Positions 49,696-59,708 of a stretch of DNA of 64,000 bases are shown here, one piece after another (positions within the stretch are counted from its first letter, which is position 1; every line of letters starts with the position of its first letter). The notes beneath the pieces are model-generated. The model did not search any database and was not told the DNA's origin. It saw only the letters and a program-made list of their open reading frames with translations. The DNA lies in NCBI GenBank assembly GCA_963783885.1, contig CAWAPJ010000001.1, forward strand, positions 1 to 64,000, given 5' to 3'. Source of the stretch: Waddliaceae bacterium (GTDB lineage: Bacteria > Chlamydiota > Chlamydiia > Chlamydiales > SLFE01). The position numbers were made by a program, and so were the translations under genes.

Positions 49696-51000
49696 TTTGA
49701 TCTTTTCAATCCCCTCTTCTGTGACGTTTTTGCAGTCGGTAAGGTCAAGGACTGCAAGACCGGCGCATTGACTTCGGAGAACTTCGAGCCCTTGATCGCT
49801 TATGCGGCAAAATTGCAAATAGAGCTCGGCTAATTGAGGGCAGCTTGAAGCCACAAGGTCAAAATCATCGTCGTTCAGCTGGTCGCAGTAAGAAAGATCC
49901 AAACTCGATAGGCTGTTAAGGGACGTCAGCTCTCCAAGACTCCTGAAGGATAAATTTGTATTCCCCGATAAGTTCAGTTTAACCAGTCGTCGGCATTTCT
50001 CTATGATAAGCAAAAAAAGCTCGTCGCTAAGCCACATGCAATGGCTGAGATTGAGTTGCTTGACCGAAGGGAAATTCTCAATAAATTCCGGAGAAATACC
50101 GGATGAATTTGAAAGATCCAGTCCAATGAGCCTAGGTATTTTTCCTAGTATTGCTACAATTTCAAGACTTTCCGGAACATGCGAGCTGCAGATGAGATAG
50201 CTGATCTGTTTTGCGAGAAAATCAATTAAAGCGAGGCCCTGCACAGTTATCCGATCGACTGCCACCTGCAAGCCAATGTTATCACGAAAGTCGATGTTGA
50301 CTCCAAAATCCTGTTCATTAACAAAACGGCAGCATTCAAGTTGAAGCGGATTCAAAAATTCCCTCTGGGCCAAGCGAAGATGGGGAATAACATTTTTTGG
50401 CGTGAGATAACGCTTATACACTCCCGCAGCGTAAGCGGTCATCTCGTCCATCCCTAATTTTTGCGCCTGCCTGATGAAATTCAGGATATACTTCGGTTCC
50501 TCGCGCCACAGAAACTCGATTTTCCCTTTATAAACAAACTCTTTGATATATTCGAAAAAAGAGAGTTTCGCCTTTTGCAATTCAAGGGTTTTGCGTCCTC
50601 TTACAAGCTTTGCTTTTTTAATCAGCTTTTTAAAAAACGATGACTGAGCTCCAAACATAAAGCTCGATACTGGTATTAGCTCGTCCTCAATAATGAAATC
50701 GACATCATACTCTAGTATCTCTTGCAAAGCCTCAAATTGAGGCTGTATGGCCTGAGCTATCGCATTGGCGTCGGCATCGGGCAGCCGTCCTTCGCGATAC
50801 TCCTGGAGCAGCCATTGATAGATCTGCTTCATGAACAAACCGCCGCCCCCTAAAATCCAAGTCCTATCCTCGCAAGATTCGATAAAGAATTCGACGCCAT
50901 GTTCGCCTCCGCTCTGAACAAGTGCTTCAAAAGCCCCGTCAAATGATTCGGATTCCTTTAGATACCAGAACTTTTTGGACATAAATTGCGGCCACTTCAT
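49645..51000 (-). CDS. BTB/POZ + leucine-rich-repeat protein (eukaryotic-like effector)
   Basis: DVDFII....IPV...F.AQSSFFKKL and F..IKEFVY.GKI (BTB-like); C-terminal Cys-containing LRRs (LDLSYCDQLND, LDLTDCKNVT). Confidence 0.8.
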   Translation of the reverse strand: MKWPQFMSKKFWYLKESESFDGAFEALVQSGGEHGVEFFIESCEDRTWILGGGGLFMKQIYQWLLQEYREGRLPDADANAIAQAIQPQFEALQEILEYDVDFIIEDELIPVSSFMFGAQSSFFKKLIKKAKLVRGRKTLELQKAKLSFFEYIKEFVYKGKIEFLWREEPKYILNFIRQAQKLGMDEMTAYAAGVYKRYLTPKNVIPHLRLAQREFLNPLQLECCRFVNEQDFGVNIDFRDNIGLQVAVDRITVQGLALIDFLAKQISYLICSSHVPESLEIVAILGKIPRLIGLDLSNSSGISPEFIENFPSVKQLNLSHCMWLSDELFLLIIEKCRRLVKLNLSGNTNLSFRSLGELTSLNSLSSLDLSYCDQLNDDDFDLVASSCPQLAELYLQFCRISDQGLEVLRSQCAGLAVLDLTDCKNVTEEGIEKIKSALPRLKLRFGGLDVE

Positions 51001-51024
51001 AGCCGCAACTATACACTATTTGAT

Positions 51025-52119
51025 TTAATTATGAAGAAAGAGGATGACATCGCCATCTTGAACGACATACGCTTTGCCTTCGGAACGCATTTTCCCTTTT
51101 TCTTTGGCTTTGACACGACCCCCGCAGACAACCATATCCTCATAAGTGATCACCTCGGCGCGAATGAACCCTTTCTGGATATCGGTATGGATCTTTCCGG
51201 CCGCCATCTGAGCTGTATCGCCCTTATGAATTGTCCAGGCTCTTGTTTCTATCTCCCCGGTAGTTAAAAACGTGATCAGGCCGAGTATATCGAAAGAATT
51301 TTTGATCAGACGATTAAGACCCGGCTCCTTAAGTCCAAGGCTTTCCAGGTACTCTTTTTGCTCTTTCGGTTCGAGCTGAGCTATCTCCTCTTCAAGTTTC
51401 CCGCAGATAGTCAATAAGGTACTCCCTTCCTTTTCGGCGTAGGCACGGACCTTCTGAACATATTCATTTTCCATATCGGGAAGTGTATCTTCGGAAACGT
51501 TGGCGACATAGAGAACAGGCTTTTGGGTAATGAATTGATAAGGGCGGAGAATTTCCTTCTCTTCTTTTGAAAATTCCATTGCTCTTATTGGCTGATTTTC
51601 ATTGAGATGATCTCGGACACGCTTCAAAAGCTCAAGGGCCGGCAGCACGTCTTTGCTACCCTTAGACTGTTTTTCCAGCTTTTGAACAATTTTATCGGCG
51701 GTTTGCAAATCGGCCAGAACCAGCTCGGTATTGATAATTTCAATATCTTTGACAGGGTCGATCTTTCCGGCGACATGGACAACATTGGGATCGTCGAAAC
51801 AGCGGACAATATGCAGAGTGGCATCGGTCTCGCGGATGTTTGCCAAAAATTTATTCCCTAGCCCCTCCCCTTTCGACGCGCCTTCAACCAGTCCCGCAAT
51901 ATCGACAAATTGCGTTGTCGCATAAATAATTTTTTGACTATGGCTGATTTCCGAAAGCTTTTCCAGCCTCGGATCATATACTTCAACAACCCCGATATTC
52001 GGGTCGATTGTGCAAAAAGGATAATTGGATGCTTCAGCAGCGTTTGCTGTTAAAGCATTAAAAAGTGTAGACTTACCCACGTTTGGCAATCCGACAATGC
52101 CACATGATAAACCAGCCAT
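51025..52119 (-). CDS. ychF: Obg-family ATPase YchF
   Basis: GIVGLPNVGKST, NYPFCTIDPN, DIAGLV.GAS.GEGLGN, GFIRAE, EGK.Y.VQDGD. Confidence 0.98.
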   Translation of the reverse strand: MAGLSCGIVGLPNVGKSTLFNALTANAAEASNYPFCTIDPNIGVVEVYDPRLEKLSEISHSQKIIYATTQFVDIAGLVEGASKGEGLGNKFLANIRETDATLHIVRCFDDPNVVHVAGKIDPVKDIEIINTELVLADLQTADKIVQKLEKQSKGSKDVLPALELLKRVRDHLNENQPIRAMEFSKEEKEILRPYQFITQKPVLYVANVSEDTLPDMENEYVQKVRAYAEKEGSTLLTICGKLEEEIAQLEPKEQKEYLESLGLKEPGLNRLIKNSFDILGLITFLTTGEIETRAWTIHKGDTAQMAAGKIHTDIQKGFIRAEVITYEDMVVCGGRVKAKEKGKMRSEGKAYVVQDGDVILFLHN

Positions 52120-52191
52120 GCCAAATATTATAGCGCAATCACGCGCTGGAGGGAAGAGAAATATTTTTTTTGATTTTAGCAGGATGCTTTT

Positions 52192-53850
52192 ATGAATAGA
52201 ACAAACTCAGATCCAGTTGTAAAAAGTTTCTATATACCGCTCGCGAATGCAGGACGTTCCAGGTCTGAATCGGGAAATTGTTTCAAAAATTTTTTTTTAA
52301 AAACAGCATCCCCGCTTACCTCTCCTCGAAAAAAATCACCAAGGTTTAAACAACTTTTGCCTTCACAGCCTCTTATTGAAGAATTCATTCAGTTCAGATA
52401 CGGGGATTGGCAATACAGCTTTCCTTCCGAGCGTGTCATAAAAAAAGCTCCTGGGCTAGTTTCCGAAATGGCTAAAGGAGAAATCATTAGCTTAGACAAT
52501 TTGGGATCCACAGCCGCCAATCTTGCTCTGGCATTTCTCGGTAATGCCGATTTTGATTGGAAGCCTCTACCTGAAAATGATATTTTTATATGTATCACAA
52601 AACTGGGATCCGAAATGCTTCTAAAACATTATTTGTTGGATGTCGGCTTAAAGCATAAAAACTTAAACATGGTACTGAACTGTCTTTCTAAAATGCCAAT
52701 TTCCTGGATGGTAAAAGAATGCTCCGAATTCATCCAAAAGTATGCAGACGATCTGGATATAAAAACCCTCGAAAATCTTTTTAAAATCAGCGTAAAACTC
52801 AAATCCCTATCGGATCAGTTTTGCATCTTAAGAGCCATCCAAATAAAAAGGGGAATTGATGCAATTTCCAACCAGACCCTCAATCAAATGTATGCGGAAT
52901 TCAAATCTTATCTTGGATATATTGAATGTCAGATCGGGGCAATTTCGATTAATGGGGAATACATGAAGGGATGGAAGCTGCTGGATAGAATTCGGAGGCT
53001 GGTTTTTAAACAAGAATCCAATGTCAAGATCTGGGTCACCCTTACTGAATCCTCTTCGTTGAAATACATCAATCGTTTGATAGAGGAAATCAAAAATCCC
53101 GATTGCATAGTCACCCATATCCATATTTGTTCCAACACCCAAAATACAGATGACAAAATCATTCAATTAATCGAAGCTCTAGAAGACAACCCAAGCGTTG
53201 CTTTTCTCAGATTAAACGGCAATATAGGCTCAAAAACCTGTTTCGCTTTAAAATCCCTTCTGATGAAAAGGCGACTCATCATTGATTTAGATTTGTCCTA
53301 TACGCATGTCGGAGATGTAGGAATTCGATTACTTGGAGACACCTGCCAAAATCCCATATTCGAACACCTAAACATATCTCATTGCAATCTCACATCGAAA
53401 TGTCTCAAAAGCTTTCATCGATTCAATATGTCACATCTGGATTTATGTGAAAACGATCTGGGTGTTAAAGGGGCAAAAGGCGCGGCAAAAATACTCAAGA
53501 ACACGAAAGCTTTGACTTATTTCGACCTTTCGAAAAACAAAATTGAATCCAAAGGAGCCGCATACATCTTTAACGCACTAGAGGCAAATCATTCCTTGAA
53601 ATCGCTTATTTTAAACCAAAATGATATTCTAGATGACATTTCGCAGGGCTTAGGAAAATTTTTAAGCTCGAATCGAAGCATCAAACGACTTTATCTTTGC
53701 AACAATCGTTTAAACAACAATTGCGCAAGATCAATCGCTAAAGGTCTAGTTAAAAATAAAATCTTACAGTATTTGAATTTGTCTGGAAATCCGATGGGAA
53801 GAAGAGGAAAGCTTTTGCTGGAAAATTCTAAGAAACATATTATCATGTAA
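52192..53850 (+). CDS. RI-like LRR protein with Ser/Pro/basic N-terminus (effector-like)
   Basis: C-terminal 28-aa LRRs (LDLCENDLGVKGA, FDLSKNKIESKGA, LNLSGNPMG). Confidence 0.85.
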   Translation: MNRTNSDPVVKSFYIPLANAGRSRSESGNCFKNFFLKTASPLTSPRKKSPRFKQLLPSQPLIEEFIQFRYGDWQYSFPSERVIKKAPGLVSEMAKGEIISLDNLGSTAANLALAFLGNADFDWKPLPENDIFICITKLGSEMLLKHYLLDVGLKHKNLNMVLNCLSKMPISWMVKECSEFIQKYADDLDIKTLENLFKISVKLKSLSDQFCILRAIQIKRGIDAISNQTLNQMYAEFKSYLGYIECQIGAISINGEYMKGWKLLDRIRRLVFKQESNVKIWVTLTESSSLKYINRLIEEIKNPDCIVTHIHICSNTQNTDDKIIQLIEALEDNPSVAFLRLNGNIGSKTCFALKSLLMKRRLIIDLDLSYTHVGDVGIRLLGDTCQNPIFEHLNISHCNLTSKCLKSFHRFNMSHLDLCENDLGVKGAKGAAKILKNTKALTYFDLSKNKIESKGAAYIFNALEANHSLKSLILNQNDILDDISQGLGKFLSSNRSIKRLYLCNNRLNNNCARSIAKGLVKNKILQYLNLSGNPMGRRGKLLLENSKKHIIM

Positions 53851-54776
53851 TGACTTGGTTTCAAATATTCAAGACTGCCGCCCGAGCATTTTTTACCGAT
53901 AAGGTCTCGCAAATGGGCGCGGCGCTTGCCTATTACACAATATTCTCGATCGCGCCCCTTTTGCTTATTGCGATTGCCATTGCAGGTTTTTTCTTCGGAA
54001 AAAGCGCGGCTCAAAGCGAAATCATCGAGGCGGTTAAAAACGCAACAGGTCCGCAGGCAGCCGGCATCATCCAAACCATGTTGATGAGCGCGGCAAGGCC
54101 GCAAACCGGATTAATTGCGACTATCACCGGAATCATCACCCTCGCTTTCGGTTCGCTTGGAGTTTTTAAACAGCTCAAGTACGCGATGAATTCTGTGTGG
54201 GAAGTGGCCCCCAAGCCAAGTCCGGGGCTGTGGTACTACTTGAAGACGTATATTTTCTCGTTCGGACTCGTCCTTGTAATAGGGGTGCTGCTTCTGGTTT
54301 CGCTGGCAGTTAGCGCGGCCCTTTCTTTAGCGGAGATGTATTTCGAAAAATTGCCCTGGGGAGGAGCAGTTTTGTGGAGCGCAGCCAACACGGCAGTATC
54401 ATTTCTGATTATCGTCTTATTATTCGGTATTGTCTTCAAAACACTGCCCGATGTTTACGTCCGCTGGCGCGATATCTGGCCGGGAGCCATTATTACCTCG
54501 CTGCTGTTTACAGCAGGCAAATTCGGTTTGGGATGGTACATTGCCCATGGAACAGCGGCATCGAGCTTTGGGGCCGCCGGCTCGCTGGTCGTGCTTCTGA
54601 TATGGGTATACTGGTCAGCCCAAATACTGCTTTTTGGAGCGGAGATTACCCAAGTCTTTGCAAACTCGAGGGGCAAGGGAATCAAGCCGAAACCCTACGC
54701 AATGAAAATACGCCGCCAGGTTCCAGTAGAACCCTCATCCGGTTCTGAGTCAAAAACCTATGAAAATATTTCTTGA
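53850..54776 (+). CDS. YihY / virulence factor BrkB family membrane protein
   Basis: GAALAYYTIFS.AP, L..AMN.VW, FKTLPD, GAAGSL..L.WVY.SAQI.LFGAE. Confidence 0.95.
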   Translation: MTWFQIFKTAARAFFTDKVSQMGAALAYYTIFSIAPLLLIAIAIAGFFFGKSAAQSEIIEAVKNATGPQAAGIIQTMLMSAARPQTGLIATITGIITLAFGSLGVFKQLKYAMNSVWEVAPKPSPGLWYYLKTYIFSFGLVLVIGVLLLVSLAVSAALSLAEMYFEKLPWGGAVLWSAANTAVSFLIIVLLFGIVFKTLPDVYVRWRDIWPGAIITSLLFTAGKFGLGWYIAHGTAASSFGAAGSLVVLLIWVYWSAQILLFGAEITQVFANSRGKGIKPKPYAMKIRRQVPVEPSSGSESKTYENIS

Positions 54777-54801
54777 CATGCCCATTTAACACTATTATAA
54801 T
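54773..54801 (+). promoter_or_regulatory. Perfect-consensus sigma66/70 promoter upstream of the T3SS operon
   Basis: TTGACA (54773-54778), 17-nt spacer, TATAAT (54796-54801). Confidence 0.85.
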
Positions 54802-54925
54802 ATAATAGAGAGGGAATAGAGTAGGAGAGAGTTGGCTCTCAAACACTTGCATAATACAAAAAGGCAATTTTTAGCCGAAAATCGGTTGTTTTGGGCTATT
54901 TCCTCCAAAAATCAAGAGTTTTTCT

Positions 54926-55999
54926 ATGGCTGAAAAGACCGAAAAAGCCACTCCGAAAAAGCTGCGGGATGCGAGGAAGAAGGGGCAGGTTGCCAAATCC
55001 CAGGATTTGCCGTCCGCTTTCACGTTTATCGCGTCGGTTTCCGCTGTTTTGGTCCTGACCGGTTATCTTTATCACAAGATAGCCGCCTTTACTATCGCCG
55101 CATTTTCTTCTGTGACGAATACCGACATGCTGCAAACCATTACCGGAATGTACGGTGAGGGAATACTCGTTATATTCGCGTGTGCGGGGCCGATTGTGAT
55201 TTTTGTCGCTTTTGTCGGCACAATGGTCAATTTTTTGGCGGTTGGCCCGGTTTTTGCTCCGGAAGTGTTCAAACCTGATATAAAGAAGTTCGATCCTATA
55301 CAAAACTTAAAGGCGAAATTCAAGTTTAAGACTCTGTTTGAACTACTTAAGTCGATATTTAAAATCTCGGTCGCCGCTTATCTGATCTACGGTGTGATGT
55401 ACAAGAGTTTGCCCGTGCTGACAAAGACTGTATCGCTTCCGCTTATTGGATCCTTGACGGTGTTTCATGCTTTTTTGATTGAAGTTCTCTGGAAGGTCGG
55501 ATTATTATTCATTGTTGTCGCAGTCGCCGATTTCATCTATCAGAGACGCAACTTCGCCAACGAAATGAAAATGGAAAAATTTGAAGTAAAACAGGAATAC
55601 AAGAATACTGAAGGAGACCCGCAGATTAAGAGCAAGCGAAGACAGATCGCCCAGGAAATCGCCTATGAGGAGGGGCCGTCCGCAGGCGTCAAAAAATCCA
55701 AAGCTGTGGTGACAAACCCGACCCACCTCGCCATAGGAATCGCCTATGACCAGGAAATCGACCAGGCACCATGGATTACGACTATGGGGAAAGATAAAAT
55801 GGCCGAACAAATCATTAAGCTGGCCAAAGAGAACAATATCCCGATAATGCGCAATATTCCGCTGGCACACGAACTTTGGGATAGTGGAGAGCTCTATGAC
55901 TATGTGCCGGAAGATACTTACGAGCTGCTGGCTGAAATCTTAAAGTGGGTCGCTACGCTGGAAGAAAACCAAGAACTTGGAATCATGGATATAGAATAG
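54926..55999 (+). CDS. sctU: Type III secretion export apparatus switch protein SctU (CdsU/YscU)
   Basis: EKTEKATPKKLRDARKKGQV, EYKNTEGDP, NPTH autocleavage motif. Confidence 0.97.
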   Translation: MAEKTEKATPKKLRDARKKGQVAKSQDLPSAFTFIASVSAVLVLTGYLYHKIAAFTIAAFSSVTNTDMLQTITGMYGEGILVIFACAGPIVIFVAFVGTMVNFLAVGPVFAPEVFKPDIKKFDPIQNLKAKFKFKTLFELLKSIFKISVAAYLIYGVMYKSLPVLTKTVSLPLIGSLTVFHAFLIEVLWKVGLLFIVVAVADFIYQRRNFANEMKMEKFEVKQEYKNTEGDPQIKSKRRQIAQEIAYEEGPSAGVKKSKAVVTNPTHLAIGIAYDQEIDQAPWITTMGKDKMAEQIIKLAKENNIPIMRNIPLAHELWDSGELYDYVPEDTYELLAEILKWVATLEENQELGIMDIE

Positions 56000-56012
56000 T
56001 AGGAATCAATCA

Positions 56013-58193
56013 ATGCTAAGATCAATAAGAAATGTACTAGATGGAATATCCGCAAGACTGGGCGGCGAAAAATCGATGAGCAACATTTCCAGGTCCAGCG
56101 ACTTAGTCCTTGTACTTGTCATTGTTGCCATTTTATCTCTGATTATCATACCCGTTCCGCCGGCCGCACTCGATTACTTCATTGCTTGCAACCTGATGGC
56201 CGCGATTTCCCTACTCATCGTATCGGTATATATCAAGAGTGCCATCGAACTGTCGATTTTTCCCTCCCTGCTGTTAATTACAACCCTTTATCGCCTGGGA
56301 CTCAACATTGCCACTACCAGGCAGATTCTTTTGCAGGCCAACGCAGGGAAAATCATTTTTGGTTTCGGCGATTTTGTGGTGGGAGGAAATTTTGTTGTAG
56401 GCGGTATTATCTTTTTAATTATCACGCTGGTTCAGTTCATCGTCATCGTTAAAGGAGCCGAAAGGGTCGCAGAGGTCGCGGCCCGCTTCACATTGGACGC
56501 TATGCCCGGTAAACAAATGAGTATTGATGCAGACCTGAGGGCGGGCATTATCGATTCCGACACCGCCCGTGAAAAACGATTGGGCATACAAAAGGAAAGC
56601 CAGCTCTACGGCGCCATGGACGGTGCGATGAAGTTCGTGAAAGGAGACGCCATTGCCGGCCTTGTGATTACGCTGATAAACATCGTCGGAGGACTGATTA
56701 TCGGTATCGCCTTAAATGGAATGGACGCGATGACAGCGGTGCATACCTACTCGATACTGTCCATCGGGGATGGACTCGTCTCTCAAATCCCCGCCCTGCT
56801 GATTTCGATCACTGCCGGTATTGTCACAACCCGTGTTTCCAGCGAGGAGACAAATACCAACTTGGGAGCGGATATTTCGAGCCAGATCATGGCCCAGCCG
56901 AAAGCGATTTTGATTGCCGGCGCCATCCTGCTGGCAATTGGACTCATCCCTGGTTTTCCCCTCCCTCCTTTTATGTTTTTGGCTTCAATCATGGGCCTCA
57001 TCGGCTACGCCCTCTGGTCGGCGGGACAAATGCGCGCAGAAAGGGAGATTGCGGCAGGCGGCCCCGGAGGCGAAGGGGGTACAGCGGCAGCTCCTTCGGT
57101 GCAAACGCCGGTCAAAGGGCATAAAGTTGTTTCAGGCGGAGGCATCGACTCTTATGCTCTCACGCTGCCCGTCATCTTGGAAGTAGGAGCCGAGCTGTCC
57201 CGTCTGATCACAGACTCGACGCGCGGGAAAAATGTCAGCTTTATCGACCAGATGATCCCGAAAATGCGCCACGCCCTCTATCACGACCTGGGCGTCCGCT
57301 TTCCCGGCGTCCACGTCAGAACAGACTCGCCGTCGCTTGAAAAAGACGAATATTCCATCCACCTCAACGAGGTGCCCATCATTCGTGGTAAAGTTCTGGA
57401 AGGAATGGTTCTCACCAATGAATCCGAGGACAACCTGCAAAGGTACAATCTTCCGTTTACCACATATAAAAATTCTCTCGGGCTTCCCTCTCAATGGGTC
57501 GAAAAGCAATATCAGGAGCTTCTCGACAAAGCCGGCATTAAATACTGGGGCCCTCTTGAGGTGGTGATCCTGCATTTGTCTTACTTTTTCAGGGGCTATG
57601 CGGGAGAATTCGTGGGAATTCAGGAAACCAAAGCCATGCTTGAATTTATGGAAAAATCCTTCCCCGACCTAGTCAAGGAAGTGACCCGCCTGATTCCCCT
57701 GCAAAAGATGACCGATATCATGAAACGGCTCATCCAGGAGCAGATATCGGTCAAGGATCTGAGAACGATTTTAGAATCGCTCAGCGAATGGGCGCAGACC
57801 GAAAAAGACACCGTTCTTCTGACCGAATACGTGAGGTCTTCGCTCAAAAGATATATAAGCTATAAATATTCTCAGGGCCAATCCGTCCTTTCGGTGTATA
57901 TATTGGACCCCGAGATTGAAGACATGGTGCGAGGCGCCATTAAACAAACGTCCGCGGGCTCATACCTGGCCTTGGACCCCGACTCTGTGCAACTCATTCT
58001 GCAGAGCGTCAGATCAACCGTCGCCCCTCCCCCTCCGGGAGGCCAGCCCCCGGTGATCCTGACCGCTATCGACGTTCGCCGATTCGTTCGCAAACTGATC
58101 GAAATGGAATTTACCGATATTTCTGTGGTCTCCTATCAGGAGATCGTCTCCGACATCCGCATACAGCCCTTGGGACGGATACAAATATCGTAA
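56013..58193 (+). CDS. sctV: Type III secretion export gate SctV (CdsV/LcrD)
   Basis: FPSLLL.TTLYRL.LN, KGAERVAEVAARFTLDAMPGKQMSIDAD, GAMDGAMKFVKGD. Confidence 0.98.
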   Translation: MLRSIRNVLDGISARLGGEKSMSNISRSSDLVLVLVIVAILSLIIIPVPPAALDYFIACNLMAAISLLIVSVYIKSAIELSIFPSLLLITTLYRLGLNIATTRQILLQANAGKIIFGFGDFVVGGNFVVGGIIFLIITLVQFIVIVKGAERVAEVAARFTLDAMPGKQMSIDADLRAGIIDSDTAREKRLGIQKESQLYGAMDGAMKFVKGDAIAGLVITLINIVGGLIIGIALNGMDAMTAVHTYSILSIGDGLVSQIPALLISITAGIVTTRVSSEETNTNLGADISSQIMAQPKAILIAGAILLAIGLIPGFPLPPFMFLASIMGLIGYALWSAGQMRAEREIAAGGPGGEGGTAAAPSVQTPVKGHKVVSGGGIDSYALTLPVILEVGAELSRLITDSTRGKNVSFIDQMIPKMRHALYHDLGVRFPGVHVRTDSPSLEKDEYSIHLNEVPIIRGKVLEGMVLTNESEDNLQRYNLPFTTYKNSLGLPSQWVEKQYQELLDKAGIKYWGPLEVVILHLSYFFRGYAGEFVGIQETKAMLEFMEKSFPDLVKEVTRLIPLQKMTDIMKRLIQEQISVKDLRTILESLSEWAQTEKDTVLLTEYVRSSLKRYISYKYSQGQSVLSVYILDPEIEDMVRGAIKQTSAGSYLALDPDSVQLILQSVRSTVAPPPPGGQPPVILTAIDVRRFVRKLIEMEFTDISVVSYQEIVSDIRIQPLGRIQIS

Positions 58194-58211
58194 AAAAACA
58201 AGAGGTGATTT

Positions 58212-59258
58212 ATGTCTATAAATCCAGAAGCCGTAAGCCAATTCTTAGGGATGAAAGTCGACGAGATGGCAGACAAACTGCAAATCTATGAACAAAAACT
58301 AGCTAAAGCTATAGATATCAAAGAAGATGCCGCCCTTTCCAGACAGCTTGACGCCAGCCTAAAAATGCGAAGCAGAACGACCCAAGAGCTGAAAAAGAAA
58401 GGAAAACCTGTTTTGCAACGGGTGAAAAGAGCCGAAAAAGCGGAAAAACCGGAAGAAGAAGCTCCTGTTGAAGAAGGCGCAGAAGTCAGAGAAGTTGGCA
58501 TGAAAGGCGAAGTAAAATCCGAAGAGGAGACAAAAAAAGAGCTGCTCGCAAAATTTGAAGAAACCGGAAAGAAAGACGCCGAACTCAACCATATTCAAAA
58601 CGCCGAATCATTCATCAAAAAACTGCATAGCGGCGTGGCCTACGAAGAGATCATCTCCTCTTTGATCGGCAGCAAGTTCGGATCCTATCCTAACAGGCCG
58701 GACGAGGCTCAAAAAGAGGCCATTAAACGAGCCGATAAAATATTGGATGAGATCATCAAGGATCCCAGAACCCACATAGAACTTAAGCTCACCTCCAAAG
58801 AAGCCAAAGAGGTTAAAGAAAAAATTCCCGACTTTATAAAAGCCTTCTGGTCCCATACTGAACTTGACAGACACAGTCCTTTATTCGGCCAGCCCACATC
58901 ACGCGCAGTCGCCTACAGAGTAAAATTAGAAGATGATTACGCTGCAAAAAATCCTACCTTTAAGTTGGAGGAAGCAATAAAGACTCTCAGTACCTTGAGC
59001 GAGAGCCAAGCTCACATCCAATTCTGCTTAAGATATACCAAAGACGAGCTTGTTCCTCTATTCACTGTATTTGGACGTGAGAAAGGCGATTTTGTCAATT
59101 CGGAAGGCGACCACATTTCCAACGCATATTTACGGGATATCATTGAAGTTCTCAGAAACAACACAGGTTTTAAGCAAGTATATGTCATCATAGACAAAGA
59201 ACTGGCCACTTGGATGAAAGAATGGTACAAGAAAATTGGGCCCGCCGAAATCGGGTAG
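58212..59258 (+). CDS. Putative T3SS gatekeeper N-terminal part (SctW/CopN/YopN position), strongly diverged
   Basis: Occupies the copN position between sctV and scc1; GAGGTG SD; charged helical protein. Identity rests mainly on synteny. Confidence 0.6.
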   Translation: MSINPEAVSQFLGMKVDEMADKLQIYEQKLAKAIDIKEDAALSRQLDASLKMRSRTTQELKKKGKPVLQRVKRAEKAEKPEEEAPVEEGAEVREVGMKGEVKSEEETKKELLAKFEETGKKDAELNHIQNAESFIKKLHSGVAYEEIISSLIGSKFGSYPNRPDEAQKEAIKRADKILDEIIKDPRTHIELKLTSKEAKEVKEKIPDFIKAFWSHTELDRHSPLFGQPTSRAVAYRVKLEDDYAAKNPTFKLEEAIKTLSTLSESQAHIQFCLRYTKDELVPLFTVFGREKGDFVNSEGDHISNAYLRDIIEVLRNNTGFKQVYVIIDKELATWMKEWYKKIGPAEIG

Positions 59259-59276
59259 ATTAAATAGAGGTTGGCT

Positions 59277-59705
59277 ATGGCAAGGCGAAAAGTCCCTTTC
59301 GCTGAGATTAGAAAAGCTTTTCCGCAGGAAATCGACGCCGAGTTGATATCCAAACAATTTTTGCAGTTTGCAAGAGACCGCTACCCCTCTTCCGATAAAG
59401 CGCTGCAAAACGCTAATGTCATTCTTTCCCGTGTCAATATACAAGATCCCATTAAACTCATTAGAGCCAGAATCATTATTCTAAGCGTTATGCGTAATGC
59501 AGTGAGACAGGTGGATCCACGCTATGTCTACAACTCGCCCCAGCATCGCGATGAAGTCTACGCCGCTATCATCGAAGCCCTCGAGGGTCTGGAAGAAGAG
59601 CTCGAAGAGCTTGAGGAAGAAGCTCTTCTCGAGGAAGAAGAGCTCGAGGGTGAGGAAGTTGAAGAAATTGATATTGAAGACTTTGGATTTAATTTGGAGT
59701 TATAA
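59277..59705 (+). CDS. TyeA-like C-terminal domain of SctW/CopN encoded as a separate gene
   Basis: KQFL....RYPSSDK, III.S..RNAVRQV.PR, QHRDE...AIIEALE.LEEE resemble the chlamydial CopN C-terminus; own SD GAGGT. Confidence 0.75.
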   Translation: MARRKVPFAEIRKAFPQEIDAELISKQFLQFARDRYPSSDKALQNANVILSRVNIQDPIKLIRARIIILSVMRNAVRQVDPRYVYNSPQHRDEVYAAIIEALEGLEEELEELEEEALLEEEELEGEEVEEIDIEDFGFNLEL

Positions 59706-59708
59706 TTT

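Noticed and set aside
59256-59267. Amber read-through or pyrrolysine joining the two gatekeeper ORFs
   Set aside because: Two TAGs would need suppressing, TAG is an ordinary stop elsewhere in the window, and the second ORF has its own SD.
59592-59666. GAA/GAG-rich repeat
   Set aside because: Simply encodes the acidic tail of the TyeA-like protein.
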